A stretch of 40,323 nucleotides of DNA, from NCBI GenBank assembly GCA_036149055.1, contig JAYZQJ010000258.1:1-40323 (forward strand), read 5' to 3'. How positions within the stretch are numbered: position 1 is the first letter of the stretch; every line of letters begins with the position of its first letter. The position numbers were made by a program, and so were the translations under genes. Below the pieces are notes generated by a model. That model was given only the letters and a program-made list of their open reading frames with translations. It ran no database searches and was not told the DNA's origin. Shown one piece after another: positions 27,280-37,090 of this stretch. The stretch is from Myxococcota bacterium. Its GTDB lineage: Bacteria; Myxococcota_A; Polyangia; Polyangiales; Sandaracinaceae.

Positions 27280-28310
27280 GCCCGGCGGTCGCCCCGTCGA
27301 CGGCGGTGAGCACCTCCGGGGACGCCTCCGCCGGCTTCGTGCGCATTCGCAGCGCGTCCCACGTCGGCCGCGCGCGCCGGCTCGTGCGCGAGCTGACCGA
27401 GAACGCCGGCCTCGGCTCGGAGCTGGCGGAGCGGGCCGCGCTGGTCGCCACCGAGCTCAGCACCAACCTCGCGACGCACGCGTCCGGGGGCGAGCTGCAC
27501 GTGCGGGTGCGCGAGGCCGGCCTCGAGCTGGTCAGCCTCGACGCGGGCCCCGGGCTGCCCGGCGCGGCCTTCCGGGACGGCTTCTCCACCGCGGGCACCG
27601 GCGGGACCGGGCTCGGGGCGGTGAAGCGGCTGAGCGACGCGCTGGAGGTGGAGACCGCGGAGGGCGGCACGGTGCTGGTGGCGACGCTCGCGGTGCGTCG
27701 GACCGGGGTGGCGACGGTGGTGAACGACGCGTCGGACGCCGGCCTCGTCTCCCCGCACCCCGGCGAGGCCTCCTCCGGCGACGGCTTCTACGTCCGGCGC
27801 GAGCCGGGCCGCGTGATCGGGGCGGTGGTCGACGGGCTCGGGCACGGAGAGCTCGCGCGCGGCGAGCGGGAGCGGGCGCTGGCGGTGATGACCGCGCTCG
27901 GCGCGGGTCGATCGCCGGCCGATCACCTCCGCGCGGTCCACGGGGAGACGACCCGCAGCGGCGGGCTCGCGGGCTCGGTCGTCGTCATCGAGCCGCGGCG
28001 CGAGAAGATCGTGTTCGCCGGGGTGGGCAACGTCGCCGGCCGGGTGCTCTACCCCGACGGCGAGAGCGCGAGCCTCATCACGATCGGCGGCATCCTGGGG
28101 CGCGCGCCCCTGCACGTGAAGGAGATGGAGCGGCCGTGGCGGCCGGGCACCGTGGTCGTGCTGCACTCGGACGGAATCACGTCGCGCTGGCAGCCGAAGA
28201 GCTACCGGTGGGCGGCGCGGCGCGCCCCCGCGGTCCTGGCCGGGGTGCTGATGCGGGACTACCGTCGGCCCAGAGACGACGCCAGCATTCTGGTGCTCCG
28301 TGAGCGGTGA
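27270..28310 (+). CDS. RsbT-like ATP-binding domain + SpoIIE/PP2C phosphatase (RsbX-like)
   Basis: TELSTN, DAGPG, GTGLGAVKRL; PP2C motifs SGD, DGLGHG, HSDGI, RDDA. Confidence 0.85.
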   Translation: MAVSPAVAPSTAVSTSGDASAGFVRIRSASHVGRARRLVRELTENAGLGSELAERAALVATELSTNLATHASGGELHVRVREAGLELVSLDAGPGLPGAAFRDGFSTAGTGGTGLGAVKRLSDALEVETAEGGTVLVATLAVRRTGVATVVNDASDAGLVSPHPGEASSGDGFYVRREPGRVIGAVVDGLGHGELARGERERALAVMTALGAGRSPADHLRAVHGETTRSGGLAGSVVVIEPRREKIVFAGVGNVAGRVLYPDGESASLITIGGILGRAPLHVKEMERPWRPGTVVVLHSDGITSRWQPKSYRWAARRAPAVLAGVLMRDYRRPRDDASILVLRER

Positions 28311-29847
28311 GACCGACAGCCCGACGATCGCGGTGAGCCCCCTCCCGGCGGCTCTGGCCCGGCTGCGCGCGTGGCTCGACGCGCGCGGCGTCGATCCCGC
28401 CGAGGCGCTCGCGCTCCTGGTGACGGTCGAGCGGCTCGCGCACGGGGCCACGGCGCTCGAGCTCGCCGGGGACGCCGTCCGGGTGGTCACCGACGCGCCC
28501 GACGAGACGGCGCTCGCGCACTACGCGCGCCTCCTCGAGGTGGTGCGCGGCGAGGGATGGGTCTCGCTCCGTCCGCGCTCGGAGCCGGTGGTGCCGCCCG
28601 CGCTCGACGGCCCCACCCGCTCGATCGAGGCGGCGGTCCTCGACCGGCTGCTGACCCGGGAGGCCGACATCGGTCGCCTCCAGCGCGAGCTCGACGAGAC
28701 CAACCGCGGGGTGGTGGCGCTCTACGCCGAGCTCGACGAGCACTCGCGCGATCTCGAGCGCGCCGACCGGCGCAAGGACGAGTTCCTCGCGATGCTCGCC
28801 CACGAGCTGCGCAACCCGCTCGCCGCCCTCCGCATCGCCTCCGAGGATCTCGCCGACGGCGGAGGCGAGCGCGCGGTCGAGGTGATCCAGCGTCAGATGC
28901 AGCACCTCGGTCGCATGGTGGACGACCTGCTCGACGTCTCGCGGATCACCCGCGGCAAGATCGAGGTGGCCGCCAAGCGGCTGGAGCTGGGGCGCGCGGT
29001 CGCTCAGGCGATCGAGCCGCGCCGGCGCATCGCGGCCGCGTCGCGCATGACCCTCGAGATCGAGGAGCCGCCCGCGCCGCTCTGGATCGACGGAGACCCG
29101 ACCCGCGTCGAGCAGGTCATCGTCAACCTCGTCGACAACGCCATCAAGTACGGCGTCCCGGGCGGCACGGTGCGCGTGCGCCTCGGAGTGCACGGGCAGC
29201 AGGCCGAGCTGGCGGTCACCGACGACGGCCGCGGCATGACCGACGAGCAGCTCCGCGACGCCTTCGAGCTGTTCGTGCAGCACGAGCTCGACGGGCTCGA
29301 TCGCCCGCGCGGCGGCCTCGGGCTGGGGCTCACGCTGGTGCGGGAGATCATGACCCTGCACGGCGGGAGCGTGTCGGCGGAGAGCGCGGGGCCCGGGAAG
29401 GGATCGACGTTCCGGGTCCGCTTCCCGCTGGCGCCGGCGCCGGCGCCGAAGGCGGAGAAGAGCGAGCGCGCGCGCGAAGAAGAGGCGTCGATCGTCCGGC
29501 TCCTGCTCGTCGAGGACAACGAGGACTTCCGGGAGCTGCTCGCCGCGCGGCTGCGGCGGCGCGGGCTCGAGGTGATCGAGGCGGGCGACGGGGTCGAGGC
29601 GCTCGACCAGCTCCGGAGCGCGCCCCTGCCCGACGCGGTCGTGACCGACGTGGGGCTCCCCGGGATGGACGGCTACGCGCTCGCGCGCGCGATCCGCAGC
29701 GACACCCGGCTCGAGCCGCTCCGGCTGATCGCGCTCACCGGCTACGGCGGCCAGGACGCGCTCGAGCGCACCCGCCTCGCCGGCTTCGACGATCACCTGG
29801 TGAAGCCCGTCCCGGTCGACGAGCTGCTCGCCGCCCTGCGTGGGTGA
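28300..29847 (+). CDS. hybrid sensor histidine kinase/response regulator
   Basis: Coiled coil ELDETNRGVVALYAELD, H-box AHELRNPL, N/G boxes, receiver VEDNED..TDVGLPGMDG..KP. Confidence 0.93.
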   Translation: MSGETDSPTIAVSPLPAALARLRAWLDARGVDPAEALALLVTVERLAHGATALELAGDAVRVVTDAPDETALAHYARLLEVVRGEGWVSLRPRSEPVVPPALDGPTRSIEAAVLDRLLTREADIGRLQRELDETNRGVVALYAELDEHSRDLERADRRKDEFLAMLAHELRNPLAALRIASEDLADGGGERAVEVIQRQMQHLGRMVDDLLDVSRITRGKIEVAAKRLELGRAVAQAIEPRRRIAAASRMTLEIEEPPAPLWIDGDPTRVEQVIVNLVDNAIKYGVPGGTVRVRLGVHGQQAELAVTDDGRGMTDEQLRDAFELFVQHELDGLDRPRGGLGLGLTLVREIMTLHGGSVSAESAGPGKGSTFRVRFPLAPAPAPKAEKSERAREEEASIVRLLLVEDNEDFRELLAARLRRRGLEVIEAGDGVEALDQLRSAPLPDAVVTDVGLPGMDGYALARAIRSDTRLEPLRLIALTGYGGQDALERTRLAGFDDHLVKPVPVDELLAALRG

Positions 29848-29861
29848 CGCGAGCGGGTGAG

Positions 29862-32800
29862 TCAGGCCAGCAGGTCGACCAGCAGGCCCATCTCGCCGCC
29901 GCGCCCGATGCGCCCCGACTGGCGGTGCAGGGCGCCGACCACCCGCGCGGCGAGCAGCCCGACCAGCGCGTCGGCGCTCGGGTCGCCGGCTTCGACCGCG
30001 TCGGAGATTCGCTGCACCGCGCGAGGACGGCCCGCGATCATCACCACCCCGCCGATCACGCCGACCAGCGGCCGCTTGCGGCGACCGTCGACGCGCACCT
30101 GGCTGACCGTGCCGACCTCCATCGCCGCGAGCCGCGCCTCGAGCGCCGCCTCGAGCGGCGACGACTCACGCCGCGGCGCGGCGGGCTCGGCTTCGCTCTC
30201 GTCGGGCGCGGTCGCCGGGACGACGATCGGGGCGGGCGGCGGAGGCGGCGGGAGGTCGTCCAGGACCTGCTCGCGGAGCCAGGTCTCGAAGGGCCACGCC
30301 CAGGCGCCGAGGAAGGCGCTCACCACCTTCGCCACCGGGCCGCCGTCGTCGACGAAGATCGGGCGCGGCGCGGCCGCGTCCTCGACCGCGTCCAGCTCGT
30401 CGGGGGCGCAGGTGATCACCCGCTCGCCGTCCCCCAGGTGGCGCACCAGCGCGGCGGCGCCGATCGACGGCGTGAAGCAAGACAACGTGAGCTCCGACAT
30501 CGAGCTGAGGTCGACCCCGATGGTGGAGGCGGTCAGGACGTGCCCCAGCAGCGACGCGTCCTCGGCCCGGGGCCCGCAGCGCTCCGCCGCCTCGCGCACC
30601 ACGAGGGCGTACAGCCGCTCGGCGAGCGCCGGGATGCGCGGCGACGCGAGCGTGCCCGCCACCCAGATCCGGCCGTGCAGCGGGAGGCCGCGCGCCCCGG
30701 CGTCGCGCGCCTCCAGGGTGCGCTCGCCGCGTGCGTCGCGGACCCGCAGCGTGCCGGGAGCCATGGACGCGTCGAGCCAGATCACGCCCTCGAGGGGCGG
30801 GAGCGTCTCGGCCCCGATCGCGCGGGCCTCGGAGGCCCGGATCCGCCGGGCGACGAGCGCGTCCACCGGCAGCGGGAGGAGCGTGTCGAGGGCGCCGTCC
30901 ACCTCGGCGCGGAGCGCCCCGCGCAGCAGGGCGAGGCGCACCCCGTTCTCGGCCGGCCCGTCCCACGTCGCGTTCACCTCCAGGTCGTGCACGTCGACGC
31001 GCGCCAGGTAGGGCCAGCGCTCGCCGTCGTCGTGCACCCCCATCGGGAGCATGCGCCGCGAGAGGTGGATGCCCCGCAGGGCCTCGAAGCCGGGCCGCAG
31101 CACGGCCAGGGTGCCCCGGACCGCGTCGTCGTCCTCGGCCGCCGGCAGGGTGACCGCGGCGGCGCGACGCTCCCCCTCGGTGAGCGCGAGCGAGGTGAGC
31201 CGCGGCCGCTCCTGGTTCGCCTTCGCGATCGCCTCCAGCCGGAGCTCCTCGGTGGCGTCGACCACCGGCCAGCGCTCTCCGAGCCGCTCGGCCTCGCGCG
31301 GCTCGAGCGAGAGCGCGACCCGATCCGGATCGAGCGGCTCGGCGCGCAGATCGCCGGTCGCGTACCAGACGTGACCGAAGCGCTCGACCTGCTCGCGCAG
31401 CGCGCCCGGCGTGACCCACGCGTCGGCCGTGGTCCGGAACATCGGCACGTCCTCGAGCCGCTCGTAGTGGAGGGCGTCGCCGGCGAGGCAGCTCTCCCGG
31501 AGCGCGAGCCGCACCCACTCGGGCAGCTCGTCGGCCGGGGTCTCGTCGACGACCGCGCGCAGCACGTGAGCGACGATCAGGTTCATCGCGTCCACCAGGC
31601 GGCGGCGGGTCGCGCCCGACAGCGGCCCCGGGTCGCCCTCGTCGATCAGGGGCGACGTCATCGCGACGTGCACGACGGGGATGACGTTCACGTCGAGGCT
31701 GCGGGTGTGCGATCCGCGCTCGTGGATGAGGATCCGGCTCGCGCGATCGCGCACCAGCGCCGCCTCGCCGAGCCCGACCGCCTCCAGGCGCGGATCGAGG
31801 ACGCCCTCGAGCAGCTCCTCGAGCGAGTAGCGGAAGCGGGGATCGGTGGGCGCGACGAGCGTGGGCCGCCGCTCGAGCCCCCGGTCCACGCGGCGCTTCG
31901 CCTGCAGCTTCACGAGCGCCGACGTCACGTCCCGGGTGCCCCCCTTGCCCCAGAGCGCGCCGAGCACTTCGCGCAGCTCCCAGCGACGCGCCTCGTCCGC
32001 CGGCAGCGCGAGCACCGGGCCGTCGAGGGGGCTCGAGCGCTCGCCCTCCTCCGGGCCGAGCCAGCGTCCGTCCCACACCGAGACCCGCACCGCGCCGCTG
32101 CTGGAGGAGGCGTCGGCGACGCTGGCCCGCTCCCCCTGCACGGTGCGCCACGCCGGCGCCTCGGCGACCAGCGCGCGGACCTTCTCGTCGGCCTTGGAGC
32201 GCGACGTGCGCGCGATCCAGGACGCGAGCACCGCGAAGATGCGGGGCGCGTCGGCGAGCGCGCTCGGGCTCTCGGCCGCGGTCGCCCGGAGCAGCTCGCG
32301 GGCGCCGCGCCACGCCGCCCCGCGCGCGATGGACAGCGCGCCGTCGGTCAGGCCGCGGAAGTCCTCGTCGGCGCGGTCGGCCTCGAAGTCGATCGCGAGC
32401 CAGACGGGCGGCCCCTGCGGGTCGCGGGAGACGGTGAAGTGGCGTCCCTCGATGCTCGCCTGGATCAGCGCGCCGGTCTCCTCGGTCAGCGCCGGGGCGG
32501 CGACGGCGGAGCGGTAGGAGCGCCCCTTCACGTCGACCCGGGGCCGGGCCCAGGTCACCGTCGGATCGCTCGGGACCTGTCGGCGGTGGGCCGCGAGCGC
32601 CTGGTCTCGCCGGGCGCGGCGGCGCAGCGCGTCGAGCTTCGGCGTCGCGTCCTCGAAGGCGCGGCCGGTCCAGCGGGTGAGCGCGGCGATCAGCCCCGGC
32701 GTCGCCAGCAGCGGGTGCCAGCCGTCGAGCTCGACGCCGGCGAGCTCCCCCACCGGCACCCACGGGACCGGGTCCTCGCGGAACGCCGCCATCAGATCGT

Positions 32801-35453
32801 CGAGGGACACGCGGTCGACGAGGTTCAGGCGCGAGAAGAGCGGCGCGCGCCCGAGCCGCGTGAGCCGCCCGCGGGTTAGCAGTGCCGCCGGCGGCTCCTC
32901 CGCGTGCTCGATCAGCTCGAAGAGCGCCTGGAGCGCGCCGTGGGCGTCGAGCGCGCGCTCCGCGCCGACCGCGAGGGTCGGAGGCGGAGCGCCGGCGAGG
33001 GCGTCGACGAAGGCCCGCGCGAGGTCGCGTCGCCAGCGCGCGAAGGGGTAGCCGTCGAGGCGCTCGGTCTCCACCCCTTGCCAGCCCGCGTCGGGCACGA
33101 CCAGACCGTCCTCCACCACCACCCGCGTCGGCGGGATCGCGCCTTCGAGCAGCCGTCGTTCGAGCGTGCGCCCCCAGTGCCGCACCTCGAGCTCGTTCCG
33201 GTCGCCGCCCCAGACCACGGCGGCGCGGAGGTGGGTGCCCTCGATCTCCAGCGCGGCGCCGTTCGGCGGGCACTCGCGGCGCGCGAGCGCGGCCTCCTCG
33301 GGCTGGCTCCGCTCCCGGACGAGCACCGGCCGGTAGTCGATCATCGGGCCGAAGAGGTCGACGGCCTCGTCGCGCTCGGCCGCGTCGAACGAGAGCACCA
33401 GCCGCCCGGAAGGCGTGGGGCCGCCGGGCGCCGCGCCGAAGCAGGCGCCGAGGGGCCCGCTGTCCCGCAACACGCTCTTCAGGTCGTGAAAGGCGCCGTC
33501 GACGGTGCGCCAGATCTCGGCCCGCACCAGCGGGCTCTTCGACGCCGCGAGCGTTTCACGGCACCGCGCCCGCTCGTCGTCGTCCGCGCCGTCCGGCCCG
33601 AGCAACGTGGTCGCGAGGTAGACGCCCCGGCGCAGGACCCGCGCGAGCAGCGCCCGCTCGGCGTCGTCGGGCGACTCCACCCACGACGCGCGGACCTCGC
33701 AGCGATCGCCCGGCTTGGACGCGTCGAGCATCCGGAGGGCGAGCCCCTCGCAGGCCACCACCGCGGCCGCGTCGAGCGCCCAGCGCAGAGCGTGGTAGCG
33801 CCCGTCGCGCTCCGCGCCGCGGAAGTCGATGCGCGGGGTCAGCCCGTCGCAGGTGGCGACCGCGTCGTAGAGCAGGCTGCGCTCCGGACGCACCAGCTCG
33901 ATCTCGCGGCCGTCGAGGCGCACGCTGATCGCGCCGTCCCGCGCCCGCCGCGGGTCGAGGAGCGCGAGCTCTCCGTCGAGCCCCGGCACCTGGAACCAGC
34001 TCGGCGCGATCAGGCTCTTCAGCGATCGCCCGGGCGCCTTCAGCGGCACCTCGACCAGCTGCACGTCGGACGCCGCGAGGGTGTTGGGTCGCCGCTGCTC
34101 CTCGAGGAACCGCTCGCGCGCGCGCTGGTGCTTGCGAGCCGCCCGGGCGAGCCGCGCCGCGCGCTCCGGGACCCAGTCGCCGAGGAGCGCCCGCGCCGGG
34201 TCGCCCGGCGGCACCCAGAGCACGTTCCCCAGCCAGGGCTCCAGCTCCGCCTCGAGCGGCGCGGCGGCGAAGCTGACGAAGTCCTCGCCCTCCCCGAGCG
34301 GAAAGCTCAGCGGCGTGCGGGGGCGGCCGAGCGCGTCGCGCAGCAGCGGGAGCCGGGTGAGCGGCGCGAGGAACGCCGCGTCGTCGACGCGGGTCGGCAG
34401 GGACGCGCGCCAGAGGCGGCCGGTCCCGCGCGCGGCGAGCAGGTGCAGCGCCGCCGCCCGGAGCCGCTCGAGCTGCGCCCCCGAGAACGCGTGCTCGGGC
34501 TCCCCGTCGAGCTGCTTCGCGAGGCGCTCGAGGGCCTCCGGCAACAGCGCCTCCGCGCGCTCGAGGGCGTCCCGCACCGGCGGATCCTCGAGGCGCACGG
34601 CGGAGCGCGAGGCGTTGGTCGGGAGGCGCTGCGCGTCGAGGAAGAGCCGCAGCGGCACGCCGACGCGCTCGCCGTCCACGCCCTTCAGCGGCCAGGAGTA
34701 GGTGGCGAGGAGCACGCCCAGCTCGGCGAGCTCGAGCTTCGCCTCCCCGCGCGCGGCGCTCGGATCCATCACCGCGATGAAGCCGTCGAGCCCGTGGCCG
34801 AGCGCGACCCGCAGCAGATCGCGGTGCGACGTGTCGCGACCGAGCGCGCCGCCGCCGACCGTGATCGGCACGGTCAGGTCGTCGCACGCGCGCCGGACGA
34901 CGCCCAGCTCCGCCGGCTCCCCGATCCCGAGCATCAGCGGCACCGCGTTCCACTGCGGGAGCCTCTTCAGGTGCACGACCACCCCGCGCCCGAGGGCGGC
35001 GGCCGGGGGCGTCGTCGGCTCGGGCGCGAGCGCGCGGAGGCCCTCCGCGACCCCGTCCTTCGCCTCCAGCAACGACGGGGTGAAGCGGACCACGTGCGCC
35101 TCGTCGTCGAGGGTCGTCACGTCGACCCAGCGCGGGTCGAGCCCGAGCGCGGTGTTGATCCCGGTGGCGAGCAACCGGAGGTGACGCCGGTCGGCCCGGG
35201 GCGCGGGGTCGACCAGCTCGTCGAAGAGGGTCGTCAGCCGCTCGGTGGGGATGGGCGGCCCCTCCCACGCGACCCGGACGTCGTCGCCGTCCCCGGTCAC
35301 CGCGATGCGCGTCGCGCCGCCCAGCACCGCGGCGCGGATCACCTCGAGGATCCACAGCGTCGGGTCGGGCAGCTGATAGTCGCGCAGCTTGTCGACCGCG
35401 CGGGCGGCGTCGACCCGCAGCCTCCCCGACGCGACCCGGGTCCCGGCGCTCAC
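29862..35453 (-). CDS. giant (1863 aa) Hsp90/GHKL-like protein with degenerate ATPase domain and tandem middle-domain-like repeats
   Basis: GTG start overlaps the stop of the HtpG-like gene; N-terminus LRVDAARAVDKL..YQLPDPTLWILEVIRAA parallels QFADPLAFYRELVQNA; RLPTNASRSAV parallels HtpG LPLNVSRE. Confidence 0.7.
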   Translation of the reverse strand: MSAGTRVASGRLRVDAARAVDKLRDYQLPDPTLWILEVIRAAVLGGATRIAVTGDGDDVRVAWEGPPIPTERLTTLFDELVDPAPRADRRHLRLLATGINTALGLDPRWVDVTTLDDEAHVVRFTPSLLEAKDGVAEGLRALAPEPTTPPAAALGRGVVVHLKRLPQWNAVPLMLGIGEPAELGVVRRACDDLTVPITVGGGALGRDTSHRDLLRVALGHGLDGFIAVMDPSAARGEAKLELAELGVLLATYSWPLKGVDGERVGVPLRLFLDAQRLPTNASRSAVRLEDPPVRDALERAEALLPEALERLAKQLDGEPEHAFSGAQLERLRAAALHLLAARGTGRLWRASLPTRVDDAAFLAPLTRLPLLRDALGRPRTPLSFPLGEGEDFVSFAAAPLEAELEPWLGNVLWVPPGDPARALLGDWVPERAARLARAARKHQRARERFLEEQRRPNTLAASDVQLVEVPLKAPGRSLKSLIAPSWFQVPGLDGELALLDPRRARDGAISVRLDGREIELVRPERSLLYDAVATCDGLTPRIDFRGAERDGRYHALRWALDAAAVVACEGLALRMLDASKPGDRCEVRASWVESPDDAERALLARVLRRGVYLATTLLGPDGADDDERARCRETLAASKSPLVRAEIWRTVDGAFHDLKSVLRDSGPLGACFGAAPGGPTPSGRLVLSFDAAERDEAVDLFGPMIDYRPVLVRERSQPEEAALARRECPPNGAALEIEGTHLRAAVVWGGDRNELEVRHWGRTLERRLLEGAIPPTRVVVEDGLVVPDAGWQGVETERLDGYPFARWRRDLARAFVDALAGAPPPTLAVGAERALDAHGALQALFELIEHAEEPPAALLTRGRLTRLGRAPLFSRLNLVDRVSLDDLMAAFREDPVPWVPVGELAGVELDGWHPLLATPGLIAALTRWTGRAFEDATPKLDALRRRARRDQALAAHRRQVPSDPTVTWARPRVDVKGRSYRSAVAAPALTEETGALIQASIEGRHFTVSRDPQGPPVWLAIDFEADRADEDFRGLTDGALSIARGAAWRGARELLRATAAESPSALADAPRIFAVLASWIARTSRSKADEKVRALVAEAPAWRTVQGERASVADASSSSGAVRVSVWDGRWLGPEEGERSSPLDGPVLALPADEARRWELREVLGALWGKGGTRDVTSALVKLQAKRRVDRGLERRPTLVAPTDPRFRYSLEELLEGVLDPRLEAVGLGEAALVRDRASRILIHERGSHTRSLDVNVIPVVHVAMTSPLIDEGDPGPLSGATRRRLVDAMNLIVAHVLRAVVDETPADELPEWVRLALRESCLAGDALHYERLEDVPMFRTTADAWVTPGALREQVERFGHVWYATGDLRAEPLDPDRVALSLEPREAERLGERWPVVDATEELRLEAIAKANQERPRLTSLALTEGERRAAAVTLPAAEDDDAVRGTLAVLRPGFEALRGIHLSRRMLPMGVHDDGERWPYLARVDVHDLEVNATWDGPAENGVRLALLRGALRAEVDGALDTLLPLPVDALVARRIRASEARAIGAETLPPLEGVIWLDASMAPGTLRVRDARGERTLEARDAGARGLPLHGRIWVAGTLASPRIPALAERLYALVVREAAERCGPRAEDASLLGHVLTASTIGVDLSSMSELTLSCFTPSIGAAALVRHLGDGERVITCAPDELDAVEDAAAPRPIFVDDGGPVAKVVSAFLGAWAWPFETWLREQVLDDLPPPPPPAPIVVPATAPDESEAEPAAPRRESSPLEAALEARLAAMEVGTVSQVRVDGRRKRPLVGVIGGVVMIAGRPRAVQRISDAVEAGDPSADALVGLLAARVVGALHRQSGRIGRGGEMGLLVDLLA

Positions 35454-37078
35454 GGGCCCTCCGCGGCCAGCGCCGCCGCCTCTTCGAGCCACTCGTCGTC
35501 GCGATCCTCGTCGAGCAGGCCGCGGTCGAGGAGCACCGCGCGCGCGAGCACCGCGGCCGCGAACGACGGGCGCTCCACTGCCGCCGCCCGGGCCGCGCGC
35601 ACCACCGGGTGACCCACGTCCAGCCAGATCGGCGGGCGGCCGAGGAGCGGGAAGACGTCCTCGGTCGCCGTCTCCTCGGTGAGCACGCGGGGCGGCTCGC
35701 GCTCCCCGGCCAGGCAGAGCGCGCCCTCCACGGCGCCGGCGCGCACGACGAAGCGGAGGTCGGACGGCGCCCGGTGCAGCTCCGCCAGCAGGGCGGCCGC
35801 GCGGTCGAGCAGCAGCAGGTCGCTCTCGCTCGGGCTGACCGGCGAGGCGAGCACCAGGGTGTTCTCCGCGTAGCGCGGCGCGGCCCCGAGGAGCTGCGCC
35901 AGCATCGGCAAGTAGTGGGCTGGCGCGCGCGCGGCCGAGAGGTCGAGCACCGGCAGCCCCGCCTCCGACGCGGCCTCGGTGAGCGGCGTCGGGCTCGTGG
36001 CGACGTAGACGACGTCCGCCTTCGTCAGCCGATGGAGGGTCTCACGCCGGCCGTGCATCAACGGGAGCGCGACCTTCTTGGGGTCGAGCGCGAGGCCGGC
36101 CCCCAGCGCCGCCCGGAGCACCGCGTCGGCGGCGATCGCGCCCTCCTCCAGGGCGTCGTGCACGGCGCGGGTGAGGTCCCGGTCGATCGCGCGGCGCGCG
36201 AGCCGCATCACCCGGTCGTAGTGGGCGTCGCGACGGACGTTGTCGCGGCTCAGCGTGTGCTCGAGGCGCGCGTCCTGGATCGACACGCGCACCATGCCGA
36301 GGATGGGCTGGGTCGTCTCGTGGAGGAGGAGCCCCCGGTTGAAGAACGCGAGGCGCGATGCCGCCTCCTCGGCCACGCCGGCGACGACGGTGGTGCCGCC
36401 GTCCTCCACCCGCACCGTCACCAGCCCTTCGACCGAGAGCGGCGTGTCGATGCGCGCCTCCCGCAGCGGCTCGCCCTCCCCGACCCGGTGCGCGACGAGC
36501 TGAATGGGGATCTCGGCGTGCCGGCACCACTTGCGCAGCGCGCGCTCGCTGCCCTCCACGAACCGCTCGATCTCGTCCTGGGCCAGCGGCACGTGCAGGC
36601 TGACCGTGGTGCCGCTCGCGCCGGCGCCGGCCGCGTGGAAGAGGTCGTAGCTCTGGTCGCTGCGGAGCTCGAGCGTCCACAGCTCTCCGTCGCCGCGGGT
36701 CGTGCGGACCACGACCTTCTCGGGCTCGAGCGCGAGCACCGAGACGAAGCCGATGCCGAACTTCCCGATCTTGCCCTCCTGCCCCTCCTTGCCGGAGCGG
36801 AAGAGCACGGTGAGCTGGTTCTCGAGGATGTCCCGGCCCATGCCGCAGCCGTCGTCGCGCAGCGAGACGACCATCGTGCCCGCCTCGGGGTCGTCGCCCG
36901 CCTCCCAGCCGGCGGTGATCCCGATGCGGCTCGCGCCCGCGTCGATCGCGTTCTGGACGAGCTCTCGATAGAAGGCGAGCGGGTCGGCGAACTGCTGGAT
37001 CAGCGCGTCGACGAGCCCGTCCTCCCGCCCCTCGGCGGCCGGCGCGGTAGCGCGTCCGGTGCGATAGGGCGACGCCAC
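35450..37078 (-). CDS. HtpG/Hsp90-like GHKL ATPase
   Basis: RELVQNAIDA, DDGCGM, GKFGIGFVS, GTTV; LEHTLSRDNV catalytic-Arg loop; WLDVGHPVV C-terminal motif. Confidence 0.9.
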   Translation of the reverse strand: MASPYRTGRATAPAAEGREDGLVDALIQQFADPLAFYRELVQNAIDAGASRIGITAGWEAGDDPEAGTMVVSLRDDGCGMGRDILENQLTVLFRSGKEGQEGKIGKFGIGFVSVLALEPEKVVVRTTRGDGELWTLELRSDQSYDLFHAAGAGASGTTVSLHVPLAQDEIERFVEGSERALRKWCRHAEIPIQLVAHRVGEGEPLREARIDTPLSVEGLVTVRVEDGGTTVVAGVAEEAASRLAFFNRGLLLHETTQPILGMVRVSIQDARLEHTLSRDNVRRDAHYDRVMRLARRAIDRDLTRAVHDALEEGAIAADAVLRAALGAGLALDPKKVALPLMHGRRETLHRLTKADVVYVATSPTPLTEAASEAGLPVLDLSAARAPAHYLPMLAQLLGAAPRYAENTLVLASPVSPSESDLLLLDRAAALLAELHRAPSDLRFVVRAGAVEGALCLAGEREPPRVLTEETATEDVFPLLGRPPIWLDVGHPVVRAARAAAVERPSFAAAVLARAVLLDRGLLDEDRDDEWLEEAAALAAEGP

Positions 37079-37090
37079 GGCGCGACGATA

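Noticed and set aside
35450..37078. Canonical htpG symbol
   Set aside because: Shorter and divergent, lacking the usual HtpG N-terminal F.AE..LL and IHSLY motifs; called HtpG-like only.
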